A stretch of DNA of 61,396 bases, the filler included, from Nemertoderma westbladi (lineage: Eukaryota; Animalia; Xenacoelomorpha): assembly GCA_032718475.1 (NCBI GenBank). It is 3 parts of 3 records of this genome, joined end to end, with 100 filler letters (N's around TTAATTAATTAA, not from the genome) between each part and the next. Parts side by side here need not be neighbours in the genome. Positions count along the whole stretch, not along the records: positions 1 to 28,899 come from JAUCBJ010003234.1; 2 more parts are not named here. One strand, given 5' to 3'. The notes under the pieces were generated by a model. The model worked only from the letters and a program-made list of their open reading frames with translations. It was not told the DNA's origin and did not search any database. The position numbers and the translations under genes were made by a program. Numbering within the stretch: position 1 is the stretch's first letter; every line of letters begins with the position of its first letter. Below, piece by piece: positions 1 to 9,888 of the stretch.

Positions 1-252
1 TACACAGATATTATTAAGAGCTCATTTGTTGGCGACGCTTTAGCTCCGCTCTTAAGAACCTGCCCTTTAACGCAATTAATTCGAAAATATATTAATCACG
101 AATACGAGAGCATTTGCTATTTCCCATTGTTGAATAAAAAACTAAAAACAATCTTAATTACTTTACGTGACGGCCAAGGCCAATTAATTAACTTCAGCGG
201 AGGTCGCACTGTTATAACACTTAAGTTAATACGGGGTGGCGGTGATGGATGA
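1..252 (+). CDS. C-terminal part of a minor capsid (penton-like) protein, 5'-truncated by the window edge
   Basis: Manual frame-1 translation (absent from the ORF track): YTDIIKSSFVGDALAPLLR...YFPL...ILITLRDGQGQLINFSGGRTVITLKLI..., TGA at 250-252. Matches the Polinton penton C-terminal pattern and parallels the C-terminus of the next ORF. Confidence 0.85.
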   Translation, partial: YTDIIKSSFVGDALAPLLRTCPLTQLIRKYINHEYESICYFPLLNKKLKTILITLRDGQGQLINFSGGRTVITLKLIRGGGDG

Positions 253-1102
253 GTTCTACGTTAGACTACCAAGTAATTCCTGTCCAATTGATTTTCCCCG
301 CAATAGCGCTAGTAATTATCAGATAAATTTCCACGGCGCCTTACCTATAAATCCAAACGAAAACTGGGTGGTAGGTATAAAAAGTATATTTTACTTAGCA
401 ACGTTGCCGTCCATGTATAACAATGTAGAGAATGTTATTTTATTAAAAAAAGGGAAAAAAATTTTTGAGGATACACTTCCATCTGGTTTATTCTACAGTA
501 TCAATGACATTATAGATTATTTTAACACAGGGGCGTTGAAAGATAAATTACAAATAGTTGAAAATACTCAGCAAAATAGATTGCAATTTATTTTAGGGAA
601 AACTGTGCGAGAGTTATTTATAGGCCAACAATTAGCCTATTATTTTGGAATTACTGAAAATAATCTCGGCGCGAATTTAAATCCAAATTTTAAAATTATT
701 TTGAAGACGAAAAATAATATAAAGGGTTATTTAATAAAGGTTATCGGAAATGGAGAAAAGGCTTACCAGATGGTATTTTTATGCCCTCAACCGCCCAACT
801 CTATTCCAGAACCTAAATCGAACATGTACGTGACTACTAATATAATTGAAAATCAATATATTAACGATTTTGGTTTAGCTTTACTTCGTCGTGTTGCGAT
901 ACCTGATGATGTGAAATATGGTAGCGTAATAAATAAAGAATTTGTCAAGGATACAATTCATTATATCCCTGTAAAAAAATCATATAAGATAACATACATT
1001 CATATTGAAATAACAGACAAAGAAGGAAAAGATTTGAATTTTGAATACGGGACAACATCTATTACATTACACTTTAAACGAATAAATTCAAATGGATTCT
1101 GA
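245..1102 (+). CDS. Minor capsid protein (penton, single jelly roll)
   Basis: N-terminal FYVRLPSNS...FPRNSASNY...WVVGI and C-terminal YVTTNII...LLRRV...HYIPV...IEITDKEGKDLNF...ITLHFKR, characteristic of Polinton/adintovirus pentons. ATG at 245 overlaps the end of the upstream ORF. Confidence 0.9.
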   Translation: MDEFYVRLPSNSCPIDFPRNSASNYQINFHGALPINPNENWVVGIKSIFYLATLPSMYNNVENVILLKKGKKIFEDTLPSGLFYSINDIIDYFNTGALKDKLQIVENTQQNRLQFILGKTVRELFIGQQLAYYFGITENNLGANLNPNFKIILKTKNNIKGYLIKVIGNGEKAYQMVFLCPQPPNSIPEPKSNMYVTTNIIENQYINDFGLALLRRVAIPDDVKYGSVINKEFVKDTIHYIPVKKSYKITYIHIEITDKEGKDLNFEYGTTSITLHFKRINSNGF

Positions 1103-1652
1103 TTTATTTCAAAGATGCAGTAAACCTCAATATGGGGGTTCAGACTCTAATCTTGCTGTTTTTAAAGGCGGAAGAAGTACCAGAGGCTCGACGCAAGTTC
1201 CTGTTTTTCGTGGTGGTTCATATATTGACCCTTACGGTCAACAAATTGGTGCATTTGGTCCAAACTTAAAACAACGTCGTTTTCAACGTTATCCTAGAGG
1301 TATGCGGGCAAATCAACACGGAGAAGGTATATTTACAGACGCTTTATCTACATTGAAAAAATTTGGTAAGCCATTAGCTAAAAAAGTTTTACAAAAAGCT
1401 TTACCATTTACCACAAAATTTATGAGACAACACGTAATACCAAAAGGTAAGCGGGTCTTACATCAGCAGGCTAATACGGTTATTAATAAAGCATTAAATA
1501 AAATGAAACCATCAACAAGATCGGTTGTAGAAAAAGTTTATAGAGATTTAAAGCGACCCGCTAGACCAATGTCTATGAACATACAACATCGACGTAGTAA
1601 AAAGAGAAATATAAAAGGCAAACTGAAACACTGCGAAAAAAGTATTTTTTAA
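1092..1652 (+). CDS. Basic core/pVII-pX-like virion protein
   Basis: K/R-rich, with repeated xxGG and QxGxG motifs (QYGG, FKGG, FRGG, QHGEG) followed by an amphipathic helix. Lies between penton and MCP, the usual position of this gene. Confidence 0.7.
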   Translation: MDSDLFQRCSKPQYGGSDSNLAVFKGGRSTRGSTQVPVFRGGSYIDPYGQQIGAFGPNLKQRRFQRYPRGMRANQHGEGIFTDALSTLKKFGKPLAKKVLQKALPFTTKFMRQHVIPKGKRVLHQQANTVINKALNKMKPSTRSVVEKVYRDLKRPARPMSMNIQHRRSKKRNIKGKLKHCEKSIF

Positions 1653-1654
1653 TA

Positions 1655-2914
1655 ATGTCAATTATTAAGGAATTAGATTTATTTTCTACACAACCAATAC
1701 AGACTGAATTTAAAGCAAAGCATTATGAAACAATTTACCCCGTATCTAATCTCCGTAGTGAATCTAGGGAGGTCACCTTCCTTGTACCCAGATCCAATGA
1801 ATTCTATACGAAACTGCAAGATGCGTTATTAATTACAAAATGTACAGTACGCTGGGATAGGCGACTTGAAAACTCTCATATATATATGCTGAATTACCCA
1901 GCTGAAACTATGTGGAGTGATATTAAAATAGACCTTAATGAGAAGCAGGTTGAAAATAGCAATAACCATTATTTCTACAAGTCGTACTTATCCAATTTAT
2001 TATTTACAACTTATGAGGATAAAAATGGGCTACTGGGTGCGGGTGGCTTTCATCAGCCTTTAACAGAACACGGAAATGAAATTGATCCCGGCGCGCATCC
2101 TATTGCCGATGCCTTTAGTAAACAAATGCAATTTGTAAGTGGATTGACGATTGATTTTGATACTGAAACTAAAATAATACAACCTGGGTATGATTTAAGA
2201 ATGCATTTTAGAAAAGTATCAAATTCGTTTATTTTTAAAATCACTCCAAACGCAAACGCTGTGACAAATCTTCGGCTAGAATTAGATGAAATAAAAATTC
2301 TAATCCCTAGAATGGAGGTTAATCCAGTAATAGAAAGCAGTCACCTAAAAGGTTTAGAGAGCTACGATATTGAATATCAATTTCAAAAAAAGGAGGTGAC
2401 TACATTTACTATTCCCGCTCAAACCACAAATTACACTCAAACAAACATATTTGATGGTAAAAAACCCAAATTAGTTATTATCGGCTTCATAACAAATAAC
2501 GCTTATTCGGGAGAATTAATTAGCAATCCCTTGAAATTTGAACATTTTAACCTTAGACACGCGGAACTGATTGTAGACAGTCTTCCAGTAGGGGGTGTAA
2601 TATACGAGCCTAATTTTACAGATGGAACATATATTTTTGAGTATACTCAATTAATGAAAAACATTAATACATATATTAACGGTTATGGAGGTAATAATAT
2701 AGACCATGAAACCTACTTAGGTAATTGCCCCATGCTATCCTGGGACCTAACCGCCGACGGCTACGTTAGAGATCCGCAACCGTCGATATATACTAACGGT
2801 CAATTAAAATTAAGATTTGCCGAACCGTTGGTTGAAACCATAAATGTAATCGTTTTTAATATTTATGATCAATCATTAAGTTTAAATAGCAGGAAAGAAA
2901 TACATATCGATTAA
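1655..2914 (+). CDS. Major capsid protein (double jelly roll, hexon-like)
   Basis: 419 aa with ELDLFSTQPIQT, IYPVSNL, YFYKSYL, PKLVIIGF...AYSG...NPLKFEHFNL, LKLRFAEPL, typical of Polinton MCP. Confidence 0.92.
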   Translation: MSIIKELDLFSTQPIQTEFKAKHYETIYPVSNLRSESREVTFLVPRSNEFYTKLQDALLITKCTVRWDRRLENSHIYMLNYPAETMWSDIKIDLNEKQVENSNNHYFYKSYLSNLLFTTYEDKNGLLGAGGFHQPLTEHGNEIDPGAHPIADAFSKQMQFVSGLTIDFDTETKIIQPGYDLRMHFRKVSNSFIFKITPNANAVTNLRLELDEIKILIPRMEVNPVIESSHLKGLESYDIEYQFQKKEVTTFTIPAQTTNYTQTNIFDGKKPKLVIIGFITNNAYSGELISNPLKFEHFNLRHAELIVDSLPVGGVIYEPNFTDGTYIFEYTQLMKNINTYINGYGGNNIDHETYLGNCPMLSWDLTADGYVRDPQPSIYTNGQLKLRFAEPLVETINVIVFNIYDQSLSLNSRKEIHID

Positions 2915-2916
2915 GT

Positions 2917-3369
2917 ATGTTATCTACAGAGGACCTTGATATGTTTCCAGTGGGTGGTCACTATTTGGGCGCGTTTCCAGCTAATAAATTACCTAAATTA
3001 GATAATAATAAGCGGCAGGATTATGGTTTGATAGTAAATACCGATAAAGAGCATCTGCCTGGGATTCATTGGATCGCGATATATATACGAGATAATGAGG
3101 CTGAAGTATTTGACTCGTTTGGACCAAAATATCCAAACAGATGCATCGAAAAATGGCTTGAGAAAAATTCCGCAAGGTGGCGTACTACTCGCAAACAATT
3201 TCAAGACCCAAGGAGGACCACATGCGGTCTGTACTGTCTGTATTATTTGGTAAATTGTATTCACACAATCTATCCAATGAGAGCGTTTACAAATAATGTG
3301 GAAATTAATGAAATTATATTATATAAATGGCTTGTTAATTATTATAAATTAAACCAACAAACTTTGTAA
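2917..3369 (+). CDS. Adenain-like cysteine protease (capsid maturation protease)
   Basis: YLGAFPANKLP, IVNTD, GIHW (His), FDSFG (Asp), Q...TCGLYC (Gln, Cys); catalytic residues intact. Confidence 0.95.
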   Translation: MLSTEDLDMFPVGGHYLGAFPANKLPKLDNNKRQDYGLIVNTDKEHLPGIHWIAIYIRDNEAEVFDSFGPKYPNRCIEKWLEKNSARWRTTRKQFQDPRRTTCGLYCLYYLVNCIHTIYPMRAFTNNVEINEIILYKWLVNYYKLNQQTL

Positions 3370-3400
3370 TTAATTATTTAACTTTTGTTTATCAGATAAA

Positions 3401-4024
3401 ATGGATAATATTATTTTTGTTGATTTTCAATATTATAAGATAGACAATAAAGAGTATCCGGTAGTATTTAAAGAATTTGCTATTTTCGATTCTAATTACA
3501 CCAAAACTAATGTAAAGACGTTTTTAATTAAAGGCCCGTCTAATATTAAGTTATCAGCTTTAGATGCAGCTCACGTAAACAATTTACGGGATATGACTTC
3601 TCACTTGCCCTGGGACTACGGGGACATTTCTCAAGATGACTTTAAAAAATATATGAAGAGACATTTAAAATATAAAAAAAATATTCATGTATTTGGGTTG
3701 ATGAAGCGGGCAATATTAGTTTCCCAACTCGATGTTCTCGAGCCAAATTCGGTGGAGAGATTGGGAATATATAAGCAATATCACGATTATTTAACCCCTT
3801 GCCGGTTCCACGACCGATTTATTCGGTTTCACGACCGATTTATTCCACTAGAAAATAAATGCGCGTTCCACTTAAACATAGGGGATAACTGTCTGCGATA
3901 CTGCTCAGCAAAACGTGTTGGGGGGTATGAGTTACTACACTTTTTCATGAGAAAGCGTTTAACTGCGACTCATGATGATGATGATAAACAGAAAGAAATA
4001 ACTGCGGTGGAAGATGTACTGTAG
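3401..4024 (+). CDS. Polinton accessory protein, possible DEDD/RNase H-fold nuclease-like with C-terminal Cys/His cluster
   Basis: IFVDFQ...FKEFAI...HLPWDYGD...IHVFG..K...C..H...C pattern resembles an accessory ORF of invertebrate Polintons. The fold assignment is inference. Confidence 0.55.
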   Translation: MDNIIFVDFQYYKIDNKEYPVVFKEFAIFDSNYTKTNVKTFLIKGPSNIKLSALDAAHVNNLRDMTSHLPWDYGDISQDDFKKYMKRHLKYKKNIHVFGLMKRAILVSQLDVLEPNSVERLGIYKQYHDYLTPCRFHDRFIRFHDRFIPLENKCAFHLNIGDNCLRYCSAKRVGGYELLHFFMRKRLTATHDDDDKQKEITAVEDVL

Positions 4025-4149
4025 GTTTACTCTAAGCATGTAATGTAATGTGATGGGATAATATAATTGTTTTAATGTCAATAAAAATAATAAAAACATT
4101 AAAATCTATTTTTTTATATCTCAGTTTGACTAAAGGTGTAGGACTTAAG

Positions 4150-4304
<155 letters not shown>

Positions 4305-4890
4305 CCCTGCACCTACCGGTAGCCGGCGGTTGTATCAGAGTTTAACTACCAGTAGCTAGCTGATTTTACTACATATGCCAACAACGCTAAACTGTAGAAC
4401 GACAGAATGGCCCCCGACAGCAACCACAGAGCTTTAGCGTTACCGGTACCGTACTTACTAATAATAAAATTAAATTAAGTCGACATGCGGGTTCGTGAAT
4501 ACAGCATTAGAGGAGGCTCACCTAACAATAGGCCTACTGGTACCAGCACCGTAGCACTCTTGTACCTGTATACTTGGATAGCGCAAGAGCATGCTGGTTT
4601 CTTTGATTTAAGGATTAGGCTATTACACTTGAATGCTTCCAATTTTCTGTTTACAACTTTAATTGGTCTAATCTACATTACTGCGTGCTACTGTTGCATA
4701 GGTAAGCCTATACAGCTATAGTTAACTTTATGCGGGGCCCTTTTTCGCATGTTGACCCAATATGGTTTACGGATAGGTAAGGTACACCTTCATTCGGTTA
4801 GGCATATAGGCCTAATGACTACTCCTCAACTGAAAGCTGACTACCTCACAGACGCAATAGGTGTAGTTAGGTACCGGTAGCGCTATTGGA

Positions 4891-5093
4891 CCTATAAAAT
4901 CCCCTCACACTCTCTGTTACTAACTTTCAACATTCACTTTATGTTGTATGCTATACCGTTAACTTTTAGTCAGGAACCCCATCATTCAACCAGTCATATA
5001 ATGGCTCCACGCGGATACAATAGGTGTGGCCCGCAGTATACCTAACTAAGCCTATATAAAATCCACCACATTCTCTGTTACTAACATTCACTC
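4891..5093 (+). promoter_or_regulatory. Duplicated TATA-Inr-like module
   Basis: CCTATAAAAT...TCTCTGTTACTAAC...AACATTCACT.TATGTTG at 4891-4946 and again from 5051 (split by the transposon, continuing at 8630). A third CCTATATAAAA is at 8647. Confidence 0.5.
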
Positions 5094-5387
5094 CCCTGCA
5101 AACCACCAACGTTAATCTAACGTTGGGTTTATGTTAGACATTCGTTAAAAAATGACAGTTAGAATTTAACCATAAACCTACGTTAAAATACGTTAGAATT
5201 CTGTCAATTTTTAACGTTAATTTTTTACAGTAATTATACGTCAAAAATTTACAAATATCGGACAATACCATATTTTTTAACGTTACTTTAACGTTAATTT
5301 TTAACGTTAATTTTTTACAGTAATTATACGTCAAAAATTTACAAATATCGGACAATACCATATTTTTTAACGTTACTTTAACGTTAA

Positions 5388-6420
5388 TTTATGAAACTGG
5401 ATGTACGTTTCGGTTAACTTTATGAAACTGGATGTACGTTTCGGTTAACTTTATGAAACTGGATGTACGTTTCGGTTAACTTTATGAAAGTGGATGTACG
5501 TTTCGGTTAACTTTATGAAAGTGGATGTACGTTTCGGTTAACTTTATGAAACTGGATGTACGTTTCGGTTAACTTTATGAAACTGGATGTACGTTTCGGT
5601 TAACTTTATGAAACTGGATGTACGTTTCGGTTAACTTTGTGAAAGTGGATGTACGTTTCGGTTAACTTTATGAAACTGGATGTACGTTTCGGTTAAGTTT
5701 ATGAAACAGGATGTACGTTTCGGTTAACTTTATGAAACTGGATGTACGTTTCGGTTAACTTTGTGAAAGTGGATGTACGTTTCGGTTAAGTTTATGAAAG
5801 TGGATGTACGTTTCGGTTAACTTTATGAAACTGGATGTACGTTTCGGTTAACTTTATGAAACTGGATGTACGTTTCGGTTAACTTTATGAAAGTGGATGT
5901 ACGTTTCGGTTAACTTTATGAAAGTGGATGTACGTTTCGGTTAACTTTATGAAACTGGATGTACGTTTCGGTTAACTTTATGAAAGTGGATGTACGTTTC
6001 GGTTAACTTTATGAAACTGGATGTACGTTTCGGTTAACTTTATGAAACTGGATGTACGTTTCGGTTAACTTTATGAAACTGGATGTACATTTCGGTTAAC
6101 TTTATGAAACTGGATGTACGTTTCGGTTAACTTTATGAAACTGGATGTACGTTTCGGTTAACTTTATGAAACTGGATGTACGTTTCGGTTAACTTTATGA
6201 AACTGGATGTACGTTTCGGTTAACTTTATGAAAGTGGATGTACGTTTCGGTTAACTTTATGAAAGTGGATGTACGTTTCGGTTAACTTTATGAAAGTGGA
6301 TGTACGTTTCGGTTAACTTTATGAAACTGGATGTACGTTTCGGTTAACTTTATGAAACTGGATGTACGTTTCGGTTAACTTTATGAAACTGGATGTACGT
6401 TTCGGTTAACTTTATGAAAC
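5388..6420. repeat. 31-bp minisatellite, about 33 copies (TTTATGAAACTGGATGTACGTTTCGGTTAAC)
   Basis: Head-to-tail near-identical units without spacers; preceded by a 90-bp duplication (about 5206-5390). Confidence 0.97.
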
Positions 6421-6932
6421 GGATGAGTCCGGTAGCAACCTACGGGTCTCTGAAGTATAGATCTAAGCCTCCCATTGATAAATAAAAATTCCACAAATTT
6501 CTAATTCCGAATTCCAAAAATTCCACATTTCTAAAGCCTACTTTATAGTGTTATAGAAATTAAATTCAGAATTTCATACAAGAAAAAATCATACATAATT
6601 TTTGATTTTTTCATTGATCAATTACACGAGATTATGAATTTAAGCTTATGGTTTTAACACTTGAATTTGTTCAAAATTACATTTCACTGTATGTAACTGG
6701 CAATTTGAAAATCTATCGTAATGTGATAATAACGTGTATTATTAATATTATATCTAATACATAATTAAAATATATACATAATTATTATATGTAATATTGA
6801 TTAATCATACGTAATGTGTTAATTGTGAGTTAATACAATATAATTTTGTAAATATTAAGTGGCAAAGTTGTCTTCGGCCGTTAGGCCAGGGAAAACATTA
6901 CGCACAAAGTCTGACGAATTGTTTCCAGATAA

Positions 6933-7444
6933 GGGGGCGTTCATAAAGTATGTCACGCACTAGGGGGGGGGGGGGTCGAGCTTGCGTGACATTTTGTGAC
7001 AGGTGGGAGGGGGTTGTCGACCTTTGTGACGGTCACGGCGATGCTCTACGGTATGCTTTAATGTTAGATTGACTTTGACTAACACATTTGTAGATGAGTG
7101 GGAAACTTTAAGGAAAAAACAATAAACTCAATAACATTGAATTTAGTCCCTAACTTTAACAGGGCACGCCTGTCTAGTCTGCCTTGTACATGTACAGTAC
7201 TGTAGTTTGAAGCTGCTAAAGTATGTATGTATAGGCTTTTAGTAAGAACTACTTCAGTCAAAATGTTTCACTTTCTATTGTACTTTCTAACTGTTATTAA
7301 ATTACTGAAATAGAATAGTTTTCGTCTAGGGGGGGGGGGGGGGGGGGGGTTATAAATTTACGAAAATAGGTATTTTGTGACAGGGGGGGGGGGGGGGGGT
7401 CAAAAAAATGGCAAATTTGCGTGACATACTTTATGAACGCCACC
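6933..7444. mobile_element. PIF/Harbinger-type MITE
   Basis: 27-bp TIRs GGGGGCGTTCATAAAGTATGTCACGCA / TGCGTGACATACTTTATGAACGCCACC with TAA target duplication (6930-6932, 7445-7447). Confidence 0.88.
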
Positions 7445-7447
7445 TAA

Positions 7448-7640
7448 TTCCACCATATTTTTATTCACCAGAGGATACTCCAGTACCCATTAAAGGACGC
7501 CCTTGAGAAATGCGCCCTAGCTCGTCCCTTTAAAGCGTTCGTCCTGAAACGAAAACTCCCCCGACCCCTTTGCGGGGATCGAACCCATGACCTCTGGAGA
7601 GATGTTAATTAAAGGCAACGGATTAACACTACACTACAAG
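7448..7640 (-). mobile_element. tRNA-derived SINE head (body probably continues left of the MITE)
   Basis: Minus strand reads GTAGTGTAGTGTT (A-box-like)...GGGTTCGATCCCC (B box); no full cloverleaf. Boundaries approximate. Confidence 0.5.
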
Positions 7641-8833
7641 GGCGGGAAGAACATAAAAAATGTTAGATTTTTGCTTGATCAAATGTCGCGTCGAATGCTG
7701 GACATTGACATTGACATTGACATATAGATTATCTATCATTACTAATATCAATATTAATCATAACAACACATTTTGATTTCTCTGAATGCTATTTTTAATG
7801 CAACCACGGCGACAATAAACCGAGAGGATCATAGATTCGAGCTGAGTTTCAGCAGAGTAAGTGCAATACAAAAGACCTCAACTAGTTAAATTTATGCAAA
7901 AAAACCGTAAGTTAACAAGACTTGCGGTTTTTTGTCATCAGAATTTAATGAGGATTTCACATCTGGAAATGGCTTGGCGAGATCTGTTGTATGCATTTTC
8001 AATAATTACCAGAAGTAGCTCCGATGAGAGAAAGCTTGTAATTAAACTATTGTTATTAATTCCATTAGTCACCTGAGGTCAACCAACCCTAACCTAACTG
8101 TTTAATATGAGAATGCCTTCTTAGGTTGTTTCGAGTTATCACTGTCTACCGGTCTGACCGTCAAGATGTAAATTTAGACAGAGCCAGATAAGATAATAGC
8201 AATTGTCTGGAATATGTGATTATTTGATGTAAATTAACGTTAAGGTAATTAAGCGTTAATTATTATAATTATGTTTTTATCACTGTCAGTTGTTTGTAAT
8301 TTTTTAACGTTAAACATATAATATATTTTGACGATCCAAACTGATCGTCAGTAATATGTCATTTTTTAACGTTAAACATACAATATATTTTGACGATCCA
8401 AACTGATTGTCAGTAATATGTCATTTTTTAACGTTAAACATACAATATATTTTGACGATCGAAATACCTACCGTTTAAAATTAACGTTAATTTGCGTTAA
8501 TTTTTAACGTTAAAAGGGCGGCCAAACTAACGTTATTTATATGTATTATTAACGTTAATAATTAACGTTGGCATTGTCAGAAAATAATGTATATTAATGC
8601 ATTATTAACGTTAAATTGTTTGCAGGGTCTATGTTGACGGGGGGGGCCTATATAAAACATAGTTAGTTTATTTATGTATTCGCTTTTTTTTTAATTAGAT
8701 ATAAAATATAAAATATACAATACAATACAATACAAAAACCTACTGATACTGGTAACACACATTAGCCCTCTACGTAAAAGACGTGACTAATTATATAGAC
8801 CTATGAGTCTACTTGCTGTACGAGCAGACGAGT

Positions 8834-9199
8834 CTACTGACGTATTCTCGGATCGGTGGGAAGTAATAGATTTGGTGTTGGAACTTGAGCTGCCGCGGCT
8901 ATATCTTCATGTTCATGTTCATCCCAGTTTTCTCCCCTACTATAATTATCTAGGCATATCTGATGCGTCGCTCCAGGTTGTACTCTAACGTTTAGATTGA
9001 AGTTTTTATTGGTCGTCAATCTGGTTTGGTGATCTTGGCTGCCCATGGTTTTATTTTTAACCATTATGGTTATTTCTCCGTTGTTGTTTTTTAAATGTAA
9101 TTCGGTTACATTTAAGGATGTAAAGTAAAGGTCGTCTCCATCAACATCAAATTTTAATAAACAGTCGCTGCTGCTATTTTCAATGAAAGAAAATGCCAT
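8834..9199 (-). CDS. Polinton orphan protein, 121 aa, beta-rich
   Basis: ATG in AAGATGG context, upstream TATATATAAA (9336-9345) followed by CAGT, downstream AATAAA near 8668-8673; no recognisable family. Confidence 0.6.
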   Translation of the reverse strand: MAFSFIENSSSDCLLKFDVDGDDLYFTSLNVTELHLKNNNGEITIMVKNKTMGSQDHQTRLTTNKNFNLNVRVQPGATHQICLDNYSRGENWDEHEHEDIAAAAQVPTPNLLLPTDPRIRQ

Positions 9200-9888
9200 C
9201 TTGGATGTTGGTTGTCGGAACTGAAGTTTGCTAAGGTTAGTTTTTCAAATATGAAGATAACTTAAGCCTAGTCTATACCGGTATTTATTTTACAGTAGGG
9301 AAACAAAATTATAGTTCACTGTTAGAAAAATTGAGTTTATATATATTTTTGTAGAGGGTCACAGATGTGTACATTACAAAATTCACATAATTAACAAAAT
9401 GCACAACATAAACCTTTCCCATGAGGATTAGCGATATATGCTCTGTTCATTGTTCTATTCTGAATGTAGGGAGATGCATAGCGGATGTTTTAATGATATG
9501 TACCGATATACAGACTAGTAACAGATAGGATGGCATCGTCTTTGACTATGAATACCAGCACATACCCCTAATCTTTTCTCACCGAGCTTAGCGTTGCCTG
9601 CTGTACACACGCACACTCATAAGTAACAGATGCGCTATTGTGGCTCACTCGTGAGCTACAATGCCAAGTTAGCTAGCTAGCTAGCCGCGGCTGCTGAGTA
9701 TACTATGTCTACTTGAGTGTTACAAGAAACAATCGCTCTACTGAAGTTAATTTCCCCCTCAAACTAGTTGTTGATTTTAAAAAAATATTCATAAATTTCT
9801 TCTCCCTTCAATTTAATCTATATATTTTACAGTAAAAATCTCCACCACCAAACAGCAACAATAACAATAAATTTCACTCGTACCGGTA

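Larger units (their letters stand above)
5094..8627. mobile_element. Non-autonomous CMC/EnSpm-like DNA transposon inserted in the Polinton
   Basis: Ends CCCTGCAAAC...GTTTGCAGGG, AACGTT-rich subterminal repeats at both ends, 2-bp TSD TC (5092-5093, 8628-8629). Removing it restores CATTCACTCTATGTTG, matching the upstream duplicate CATTCACTTTATGTTG. Confidence 0.85.

Noticed and set aside
5388-6420. CRISPR-like array (31-bp unit containing GAAAC...GTTTC)
   Set aside because: Units are head-to-tail with no unique spacers, no cas genes, eukaryotic context, and it lies inside a DNA transposon.
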